DNA of 64,000 nucleotides. It comes from Octopus sinensis (Eukaryota). The stretch's first letter is position 1. Each line of letters opens with the position of its first letter. The notes under the pieces were generated by a model that was not told where the DNA came from, did no database searches, and worked only from the letters and a program-made list of their open reading frames with translations. The position numbers and the translations under genes were made by a program. The stretch lies in the NCBI RefSeq assembly GCF_006345805.1, contig NC_042998.1, positions 128,960,001-129,024,000 on the forward strand. Direction: 5' to 3'. Shown here piece after piece: positions 51,757-64,000 of the stretch.

Positions 51757-52357
51757 CCTTTCGTCCACTACCAATCAGCCTTGGCCACCAGAGTCAAAGC
51801 CGCATACGCGAGAAACGAGATTGCGCGTATAAACAACAATTGCAGCAACGTGACCGACAAAGCCGTTAACATCAAGCAGTTCCTCAGAGACCCAACCCTG
51901 AATGGCTACCCACCGTCTTTAGCTAAACAGCGGCGCCTGAAGAACATCAAGGTCAATAAACCCTGGAAGAACCAGCATACTTCTAAGTCTGGCACGTGCT
52001 TCCTAAAGCTACCACACTTTGACGACAGCACTACTGCAGAGATACAACATGCAGTTCGCGGGAAAGAACTCGACATACAGATAGTGTACACCAGCCCTTC
52101 CTTGAGTAAAGCTCTGTCCAAGAACAACACCTCTCACTACTCTGAGGAGTGCTCATTGTCGAACTGCCCCATCAATGACCCTGAATTGAGAGAGAGGACC
52201 TATGTTGTATACGAGATCATCTGTGGCAAATGTGGCGCATCCTACATCGGAAGCACGACAAGAAAACTGCATGTACGCATTAAGGAACACATGCAGACAC
52301 GCAATTCCGTGAAGAAACATCTACGGATATGCCAGACCCGGGAATTCACGGTGCACA
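51757..52357 (+). mobile_element. Penelope-like retroelement fragment (thumb plus GIY-YIG, Naiad-like), truncated by a SINE
   Basis: FVHYQSA...RNEIARI...CS, LKLPHF, C....CPINDP and VVYEIICGKCGASYIGSTTRKLHVRIKEH. The 351-aa ORF is chimeric beyond 52357. Confidence 0.88.
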
Positions 52358-52445
52358 AGGCTATAGAAGGCATTGCTCTGAGGATGACACGCAATGGGAC
52401 TGAATTTGATACAACGCAAACTTCTTTACCACACAGCTATGCTTG
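52358..52445 (-). mobile_element. Family B SINE head fragment
   Basis: Minus strand reads GCATAGCTGTGTGGTAAAGAAGTTTGC...TTCAGTCCCATTGCGTG. Confidence 0.65.
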
Positions 52446-53214
52446 CATTCAGTGTCAAGAGAGACAGACATCATTGTTCATGGCCCTTTACAAGACCCCC
52501 GATACGAGGAAAGAAATACCTAAAAGTAGACATCTGATTCGAATGTATGTAATAGAGCGGACACTGCCAATGTCACCCAAAATGCAGGTGATGTCGAATC
52601 GGGCGACGGATGAAGTTTACCAACCAAATAGGAGGTCCAGGCAGGATTTGAACTTACAACGCAGTGTGGGAAAAAAATCCCAAAGCATTTCCTCCAGCCC
52701 TTTAACGCTCCTGTCAAACCATTGCTCTAGCCCGGTACTTTTATTTATCGACCCCACCTCGGAAAAATGAAAGAAAAAGCTGAACTTAGCGAGAATTGAA
52801 CTTGGAATTCAAGTTGCTTGAATTAATATCTGAAAGCATTTTACCTGACATTCTTGATGACTCTGCCAACTTGCAGACTTGTTTAACAAGGTAAGATGTG
52901 AGTTGAGGAATCACATCTTAGCGATGTTATTTCTTGGTACTCGATTGACCATTTACAGCAGACAGGGCAACATTTATCGATAAGTGGGTCACATGAGACA
53001 AGGGTCATCATCAGGCGGGACGCACTAGTAAAAGAAGTCAGGGTAAGTTTTCGCTTAGGCGTGCCTGTCAAAAAGTCCCGCGGGCCTCAGTTTACCCATG
53101 GCTGATATAAAAGTTTCCTTCTTCACTAGTGGCCCAGTTTTTTTCATACGTATATATTCAAACGTATACAGGGCAGTGATCTGACAATGAATAGAGCATC
53201 GGAAAACTGATTTG

Positions 53215-53385
53215 CTCCGTTTACTCTGGAAATTTACATTCTGAGTTCGAATTCAGCCGTGGTCAGTTTTGCTTGTCATTTTTTCTGGGGTCGATAAAAT
53301 AAAGAACCAGTCAAATACTGTGGCTGATAACATCGACTAGCTCCTTCGTTTGAAAATTGCTGGCCTTTTACCAAAATTTGAAACT
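53215..53385 (+). mobile_element. tRNA-derived SINE (family A), partial
   Basis: TTCTGAGTTCGAATTCAGCCG...GGGGTCGATAAAATAAAG. Confidence 0.75.
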
Positions 53386-53807
53386 ATATATTCAAAAATG
53401 TATAAGTAAAGTTTAGTAATTTGCTCTCAAGATTCTCCCAGATGTATAAGATGGCGTGTATCATTCTTTGCTGCCTTCTAAAAGAGTAGAAATTCAATTC
53501 ATAGCTTGGAGTGGTTCCTTGCAGTTTAGACGGATTACTGATGCTATGAAGTTGCGTTTTTTCCTTTAATTTAGAGAAGACTTTTTTTTTTTTGTCGTGC
53601 TTTTCTAGCAAATATATTTGTCTAGGAATATTGGATAACCAGAGCTGTGAGAAGTAATCAATACGGCTCAGAAGCTATGTTTACTGTAACATCAGCATTA
53701 CCGCTGGCTCTGGAGTGAAAACATTTATCAGGATCTAGCTTGATAGCTTCCTTGCAAACTATGAATGCCAGCCAGTTAGCACGTTACCAAGTATGTGTTT
53801 ATGCGTG

Positions 53808-53849
<42 letters not shown>

Positions 53850-54059
53850 TGTGTGTGTGAGTCTGTGTGAGTGAATGAGTGAGAAAGTGTGCGTGAGCGT
53901 GTGTGTGTTTGTGTGCGTGCGTCTGATTGTATACAGACACACGTACACATATATGTGCATCCAGTAAAGAGGACATATGTGTGGCTGTTTGTAAGCATTT
54001 ACGCACGCACGTACGCACACGATCACAGCAACATATATGTATATGTGTAATATATATAT

Positions 54060-54109
<50 letters not shown>

Positions 54110-54486
54110 ATATATAAAACACGCACACACATATATATCCTTACGTGGTTATATTAATTTGTATGTATGTATATAAATGTATATAAAAAAACATATCTAT
54201 CTATATATATACGCATAAATCCACACACATACACACACACACGTGCGCACTCACACATGCGCACACAGACATACACACATATCTTATATCACATATGTAT
54301 GTACATAGTTTCATGCATATATAAATTCATATAGAAATCAAGAGTGTGTACCGATATAAAAATAAAGCAGGAATGTATCTATATATATTTTTTCACACGG
54401 AAACGTACGTTTATCTGATTCTGTGTGTATTCTGACATGTGCATATATATATATATATATATATACATAATACACACACACACACA

Positions 54487-54542
<56 letters not shown>

Positions 54543-54611
54543 CATATATATATGTCAAAATACACTCATACACAGACGCAAATGTATGCGTGCATATTTA
54601 TGAAGAGCATG

Positions 54612-56944
<2,333 letters not shown>

Positions 56945-57469
56945 AGAGAAGTACAACTTATGTAAAATAAATTAGGTATAGGAAGGGGTGTAATATATAT
57001 ATATATATATACTAATATATATATTCTATATATTATATATTTGTGAAAAATGTAATTTGTTCGAAAATGCTGCTGTATTATACAATTTTAATTTTTATAT
57101 ATACATTATAACATGTTTCAGTTCCTGAAATGAACCTTATCAAAAAAAGTTATATATAAAAAGAGACAGCTCATGCCGTCAACACAAGAAATTCATTTAT
57201 AACACAACGGAGTCAGACATCTTAGAGTTCATGTATAGTTGATATATAGTTCATGTATAGTTGATATATAGTTTGAAGTTATGGTTCAAAGTGTTCGATG
57301 CAGTGGCCCACGTTGGCGATACGTATTCAATACAAAAACAGATCAAAGTGGTGGAAAGCGGTCAATACAGAAGATTGATGTTTCGAAAGAGCGAGGAATT
57401 CATTTTTACCTTAAGCAATTGTGATGATCCATGGTGGAAGTTCGCTGGGTGGTTCTAGTGAGTTTTTGT

Positions 57470-57700
57470 GAATCTCGGTTTTTATAATGCCTGTAGGTGT
57501 GGTCAATCTAGCGTAGCGTGACGTCATCATGTTTTGACCATCGTTTCGTTAGGTGCTTTATCAAGTGGAACGGGACGTCATCATTATTTTGACCAATCGC
57601 TGCATTATAACCCCTCTTGTTTGTTTCCTGTCTTGACCAGTCGCTTCGTTAGTCAAGCATAGCGGGACGTCATCCAAATTCTGCCCAATCACGACTTATA
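57470..57700 (-). promoter_or_regulatory. Candidate pseudo-LTR promoter with three GACGTCA/CCAAT modules upstream of TATAAAA
   Basis: TGACGTCA at 57519-57526, GACGTCA at 57574 and 57666, CCAAT at ~57592 and ~57686, and minus-strand TATAAAA at 57480-57486. Confidence 0.45.
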
Positions 57701-59790
57701 GCTACATTAGATCTAATTTGTGATTTATGCACCGCCATCCTGTTACGTAAGCTATTTTTTGTATGGTCTATATACTGCCTATTGCAGCCTGCGCATGTTA
57801 TGACGTAAATTAAGTTTTCTGATGCGCAGGTGAAGTTTGTTCTAATGGTGAACTGGTGGCCTTGTTCCAGTATAAATTCTGATCCTTCTTTCAAGATGAC
57901 ACAGATTCCGCAGTTGGGCCTTCCACATTTTCTAACTGCTGGTTTTGTGGTTGATGTTGAGTGCAGTGTAGCTTGGGTTAAAATCCTTTCAAGGATTTTG
58001 GTTGCCGTTTACTTTTAATGATGGTGTGTTGTTTCGAGGATCCGGTTCATCTTTGGGTCTCCCTTTAGTAGGGCTGTGCTTGTAGTATGGTGTTGAAGGC
58101 CTCATTGTTGAGTGGGTTGTGTGTAGAGATGTAGGAAGGGTTTTTAATTGTTCTTCTTTTTTAGTTTTGTTTGTCTCAGGTCTTCTATACTTAATTTAAG
58201 TACCCGTTGGATTGCACTGTCTATTATGGGCTGTGGATAGTTTCTATTTGTGAGTGTGGTTCTAAGTTCCTGGAGACGTGTGTGTCGGGTGTTTGTTTGT
58301 GCTGATATTATGGTGCAAATCCTTCTAGCTAAACAAAAAGGGACATTCATTCTAGTGTGTCGTGGGTGGCATGAATCAAAGGGTAGGTACTGTTTAGAGT
58401 CTGTCGGTTTATAGTAGATATCTGTCTCTATTTTGTTGCCGGTTTTCTTAATGAGGATGTCTAAAAATGGTAATTCTTTTTCGTTGTGGTCCATCGTGAA
58501 TTGTATATTGTCATATTTCCATTTAATAGAATTTAAAATTCCTCAAGTTTCTCTATGCCTTTGTCCCAGATGATGAAACAGTCATCGAGGTATCTTTTCC
58601 AGTTGTTATGGATATAGGTGGCGAAGGTGTTCCATATTTCTCGAGTGTCATCCGGTATAGTATTTTCTCGAGGTATCCCATCACTAGGTTGGCAAAAGAT
58701 GGTGCAGTACGCGTGCCCATCGCTGTTCCCGATCTTTGCCTGTAGAAATCATTGTCAAAAATAAAATAATTGTTTCTAAAAATGAATCTAAGTCCTTCTA
58801 TTATAAGGTCTTGTTTATGCGAGTGGAGTTCAAAGGGGTAGTTATTCAGCCAGAAGGTGATTGCTTCTATTCCTAGGTTGTGAGGGATGTTAGAATAAAG
58901 ATTAACTACGTCGAATGAACTATAGAAGGGTTCTATTTGACTGTTTTAGGGAGGTGGTTGAGCATATCTATATCGTCTCTTAAGTAGCTTTTGATGTGTT
59001 TTAGGAAAGGTTAAGAAGTGTGTCTAAGAAATTGCTGAGGCGTGAGTTTCACATGCTGGCCCTGCTATTATCGGTCTTAGTTTAAGATCATTTGGTGAAG
59101 GGATTTTGATGAGTGTGTCGGTGGATGTTTTGCACGTTTCTCTAATGGTTTGGCTTTTGTGTACCTTAGGGATACCATAGAACAAACTCGATTTGCATTT
59201 GAAGTTAGTGATGTATTCATACTCCTTGTTCGTGAGTCCTTCTTGGTATGTGTGATTAATGTCTTAAGGTTATGCATTATTTTTTGCTGGTTATACTGTG
59301 GGCCCTTTCATAATACGTTTCATCTCTTAATAGGGATAGCACTAAATTTTTATAATTGTTTGTATTCATTATTACTATCGCGTTGCCCTTATCTGCTCCT
59401 TAATTGTTATTGTTTTGTCTTCTCTTAGTTTGATGAGGTCGTTCCATTCTCTTTTGTTGAAGTTAGGGCTGTGTTTTTGTTTCTTGATGAATTGAAACGG
59501 GAATTAGTTATGTAGTCACAATAACGGTCTAAGGCTTTATTCTTACCTTTGGTGGGTTGTAATTGCTCTTGTTTCTAGCTATTGAGTCTCCTCTATTTGT
59601 TTGTCTTGAAATGCCTCGGTGAGTTTTTTTCTGCAAAATTCCGAAATATCTTTCATTTCATAATAATTAGAACGTGTGGGGTGGGTGTAAATTTAAGTCC
59701 TTTGGAGAGTATGCTTATTTCGTTAGGTGTAATTCTTTGTTTGAGAGATTGATTATCTTAATTACCTGAGGTTTCTTTTGTTTGTCCTTT
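57700..59790 (-). mobile_element. Penelope-like retroelement (RT plus GIY-YIG; Neptune-type CxxxxCxxC linker), frameshifted
   Basis: LSKGLKFTPTP, ADKG..IVIM, FYGIPKVHK, LRPII, SFDVV.LY, GTAMGT..AP, WKRYLDDCFIIW, PFLDILI, DIYYKPTDSKQYL, CGRPNCGIC and NLIYVITCAGC..QYI. Confidence 0.93.
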
Positions 59791-59862
59791 GATATATATA
59801 TATATATTGTATATATATGTATATATATATGCATGTATATATATATATGTATATATATATAG

Positions 59863-59904
<42 letters not shown>

Positions 59905-59918
59905 CATATATATATATA

Positions 59919-59954
<36 letters not shown>

Positions 59955-59987
59955 TATATATATATACATTATATTATATATATAGAT

Positions 59988-60022
<35 letters not shown>

Positions 60023-60049
60023 GCATGTATTATCATATATATATAGGCA

Positions 60050-60340
60050 AGGCGGTGCTGTGTGGTAAATAGCTTGCTAGGCGTAGCGTGGATGCTAAGT
60101 GGTAAGTAGCTTGCTTCGCAACACATGGTTATGGGTCAGCCCACTGCATAAAAGCCAGTATCTTCTAATCTAGCTCGGATGACCAAAGCCTTGTGGGTAA
60201 TTGGTAGACGGAAACTTAAGAAAAGCCCGTCGTATTATATCTATATATAATATATATATAATATATATATATTATATATATATATATATATATACTTACA
60301 TATATACATACATACATACATACTTATATTATATATATAT

Positions 60341-60386
<46 letters not shown>

Positions 60387-60630
60387 TGTGGTGTGTGTGT
60401 GAGTGAGTGCGTGTGTCTATGTGGCTGTTTGACTCTCCCATAACTGCTTGACATCCAACCGGTATTGGTGTTTACTTCCCCGCAACCTAGCGGTTCGGCA
60501 AAAAGCGACCGATAGAAGAAGTATCAGGCTTTAAAACATGTCCTATGGTCGATTTGTTTTACTAACACTCTTTGAGGTGGTGCTCCAGCATGGCTGCAGT
60601 CAAATGACTGAAACAAGTAAAAGAATAAAA
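60050..60630 (+). mobile_element. Composite SINE: family B head/CORE, internal (TA)n/(TG)n, family C 3' module
   Basis: GGCGGTGCTGTGTGGTAAATAGC...GGTAGACGGAAAC..AAGCCCGTCG, then microsatellite, then ...CGGTTCGGCAAAA...GGTGCTCCAGCATGGCTGCAGTC...AAGTAAAAGA. Confidence 0.75.
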
Positions 60631-60647
60631 TAATGAAAAAAAGATAT

Positions 60648-61191
60648 ATAGGTAAATATAATGTACCTTAATCTCGAGACGCGTCTGTGATTAATCGAAG
60701 TCGTGTGGATTCATCATTTTTGTTTTTGCCAACATTTAAAGTGTGTTATTGTCACGTAGATACTTATGGTAGTTGAAATGACATTAGCGTCTATTTCTAA
60801 TTTCGGTACGTGGCGAAGTGATTAGCTGAGCCCTGATTATAATTATGTATATAATTATAGAATATTTTGTATAATTCACCTAAAAAGGTTATTTTAACGT
60901 ACTGACTACTTGGTAGAATTATTAATTATTGATCAATTAATTAATTAATCTTACCCTGTATTATTATTAAAATCTTAATTTACTCCCTGACCGAAACTGC
61001 AGTTTGCTGCGGGATAGTTCGTAACACACACCTGGGTTTAAAAGATAAATATGTATTCACATTCGGCTGTATATTTTTGGGAGTACGGTTGACTATCAAT
61101 TATGCGATGACGTTTGATCGCGTACATATCTAATTTATAACTCGAAATATTACACTGAGGAGGGAAATAGGTAAATATAATCTCGAAACGC
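60648..61191 (+). mobile_element. ~519-bp non-coding unit bounded by overlapping halves of a hammerhead ribozyme (retrozyme- or pseudo-LTR-like)
   Basis: The direct repeat ATAGGTAAATATAA...TCTCGA.ACGC occurs at 60648 and 61167. The left copy keeps the 3' half of the ribozyme and the right copy keeps the 5' half. Confidence 0.6.
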
Positions 61192-61528
61192 AAAATACAG
61201 AATACTATGAAGAGAAAGTATATAGTTTCTTATCTCGGCAGCTGTTTCAGGAAGCTTGGAATTATGCAAAGGTCGTAATGTTCATAATTAGCAGATGGAA
61301 TATGCAAAATGTCTTGAGGATGCAACCAGTAAACAGTCATATAGAGATATTACTATATGTCCGACTTCCTTCATCAGCAGATTAGCAATTTGCGCGTGAG
61401 AGTGTGCACACACATTGGCACATGCACACATATATGTATATATATGTTTATATATAAGCATTTATCATTATGAATATATGTAGTGATGCTTTTCGATATG
61501 TATGTATATTGATATATGTACATGCGTA

Positions 61529-61573
<45 letters not shown>

Positions 61574-61690
61574 ATATATATATATGTGTGTGTGCATGTG
61601 TGTGTGTATATGTGTGTATGTACGTGTGAAACATAATCATGTTTATCTGCAATGCTATATATGTATGTATGTACCTATACTTCAGAGTAA

Positions 61691-61870
61691 CCCCTCATAG
61701 AGAGCTACCCGTTACTTGTATAAAGTGTAACTCGCAAGTTTGAGAGCATATGTTTGTCACTACGTGTGCTTGCATAACAGTTAAATTATATTTATGGCCA
61801 GTATACCATATTTCTCGATTTTATCAAAGATGGCAAAATTATTCATCCAACATTTGCTGTCATATGAGGG
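61691..61870. mobile_element. piggyBac-like MITE
   Basis: GTAA|CCCCTCATA ... TATGAGGG|TTAA. Confidence 0.55.
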
Positions 61871-62574
61871 TTAATACTCTGGTGCATTAATATTGTAGCA
61901 ATTGTAGTGAACATGTTACTATACATTCTCAAGTGATTAATGCAACCCCATAAAAAGCAAAAATAGACAAAACAAAACATAAACAAAACAAAGACAAAGC
62001 AAAAGTAGTAAATATCAAACTTGGTCTGCCAACGAACAGCGTATTTGAGAAACATCTAAGGAAAATATTCATTACAATATATATTAACTGTTACAGAATC
62101 TTTTTCAGCAACAGCCAACTACACTATCATTTTCGTCGTCGTCGTCCTCCTCCTCCCCCTCCCCCTCCTCCTCCTCCTCCTCCCTTGTGTCTATGAATTT
62201 TTTCTCTCACATTGTGTATGTGTACGTGTGTGTGTGTACGTGTGTATTTGTGCGCCTGTGTCTGTGTAACGTTCGTTTATTCCTTGCCTGCCACCAAGCC
62301 TAATACGGGTATTCGCCCAGCACCTCTTGTGTTAATTTACTGTATCTCTCTTTTACTCTCATTTTCACTTTCCCTATGATGCAAAGCGTGGCTAGAGAAA
62401 TCACCCAACCAAAAAACAAACAATCATTTGCACCGGCTGTTATTAGTTAGAGATACACGTGCAAACATAGTGCAGACACTCATAAGTGTGTATACACACA
62501 CACACACACACATATATATATGTATATACGATATAAAATATATGCCAGTCAAGTCGGCAGATATGGAGGAATAA

Positions 62575-62780
62575 TAATTATTTCTACTCTAGGCCCTGAA
62601 AAGTTTTGTAAAAGGGGTTTGTCAATTACATTAACCCCAGTGCGTAACTGGCACTTATTTTATCGACCACAAAAGGATGAAAGGCAAAGTCGACCTCGGG
62701 GGAATTTGAACTCAGAACGCAGCGGTAGATGAAATACCGCCAAACCTGGCGTGCTAACGATTCAGCCAGCTCGCCGCCTA
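62575..62780 (-). mobile_element. tRNA-derived SINE (family A)
   Basis: Colinear with the other family A copies. Confidence 0.85.
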
Positions 62781-63846
62781 TTCCTTTTACACTATTTCTT
62801 TTACATTGCGCTATTCCTTTTACATTGAAGTTAGTTAATTATAGAGTACATTATTACAATTAAACGGTTTCAAAATACAATAACAAGTATTTAAAAACAG
62901 ACTATCACAATCAAATTATTTCAAAATACATTCTTACATATTTCAAAATATATCCAAAACATTTTGCCTCAATCAAGTTATTTGAGGATTATATATTTCA
63001 AAGTAATGTTTGCATTCAAAGCATCTAAAAATACATTAACAAATATTCCATATACAAAAATACATAATTCATCATTCCAAAATACTTAATGAAAAACCGG
63101 TTTCATTTCTTATATGAGGTAGTCATTGTATTGTACACGTGTAATTGTTACTAGCCTTCATTTAATATACATCGGAAGTAACTTCGTTATAGACTTTCTT
63201 GGTAACAAGGAAGTAATATTATGTATGTTAGACCTAAATTACGCAAATTTTTGTACTGTACATACTAATCAAAGCGTCCACCAATGTTTCGTGGTATTTA
63301 CTCCGACTCTTTGCGAGCCGAATTCTCGTCATGATCTACCACTTGCTACGTAGGGTGCCTTTAGTGTCCTTTCTGTTTCATGCATTCGGTCCAGGTCACC
63401 AGTTTGACGATACCTTCCTCTTTTTTCTTACCAGTCTCAAAATCCTGTGAGGGGTCATTACTAAAAGACAAACTAAACCAATAAAAAAAAAATCCTGACT
63501 GCATTTCTATGTTCTACTATATGGATTTTATTTCAGAATGATCTAGTTTCTTTTAACAAGCGTAATTGTTCATCGGAAATGTATCATAACTTCAGGTTAC
63601 TCGTAACTGTGTTTTACTTTTGTGTTTCATGTGAAATATAAAACCATTACGTTATAACCTGGAAGAATTATAATTCTTGGTACATACATGCAGATATATA
63701 TATATATATATATGACACACACATGTACACGCATACACCCCACCACAATAATGGTTGTTTTACTTTCAGTTAGATTAAGATCAATTTTACATTACTCTGG
63801 TGGTTGCTCTATACTTTTGAAGTGTATAAATTTAAAATTCTTGAAT

Positions 63847-63949
63847 AAGAATATTATTGACTGTGACTTCAAAGTTTCAGCCAGTTAAGCCTTCGTCGGA
63901 TGATGGCTTAACTGGCAGAAGCTTCGAAGTTACAGTCAATAATATTCTT
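63847..63949. repeat. 103-bp palindrome made of two head-to-head hammerhead-like copies
   Basis: 45-bp arms with 4 mismatches. Each arm read outward gives a hammerhead core, stem II and stem III. Confidence 0.75.
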
Positions 63950-63964
63950 GATTAAGAATAATAT

Positions 63965-64000
63965 ATTGTTGTGACCCCTTCGGTCATGAATGACCATGGG
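63965..64000 (-). mobile_element. 3' end of a family C' SINE running off the window
   Basis: Reverse complement of CCCATGGTCATTCATGACCGAAGGGG, as at ~11768-11790. Confidence 0.7.

Noticed and set aside
51715-52770. 351-aa ORF as a host gene
   Set aside because: It is a chimera of an inverted Penelope piece, a Penelope thumb/GIY-YIG segment and antisense SINE sequence.
61345-61380. CTGATGAAGG... on the minus strand
   Set aside because: No GAAA motif (GGAC instead) and no stems.

Overview
Eukaryotic, AT-rich, repeat-saturated DNA. The SINE types, (TA)n/(CA)n/trinucleotide tracts and TTAGGG telomeric motif suggest a coleoid cephalopod such as Octopus (inferred, not searched). I recognise no intact host gene. 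Almost all listed ORFs are microsatellite translations or transposon relics. Recognised elements: Penelope-like retroelements of three different types (43.0-44.6 kb, 51.5-52.4 kb, 57.7-59.8 kb) plus a possible older fourth; two tandem R4/Dong-type non-LTR retrotransposons joined at (TAA)n tracts; RTE LINE fragments; a Gypsy integrase fragment; maT, mariner and Tigger/pogo transposase relics; several non-autonomous Helitrons; a Helentron-type element; hAT- and piggyBac-like MITEs; and many tRNA-derived SINEs. The most notable unexplained structure is a set of five unrelated hammerhead-ribozyme motifs: one complete, one minimal, one split across the ends of a 519-bp non-coding unit (retrozyme-like), one duplicated head-to-head in a palindrome, and one degenerate. 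An 843-bp palindromic element with internal telomeric repeats and a perfect 8-bp target-site duplication also stands out. Identities are counted by eye, and family names come from recalled motifs rather than database searches.
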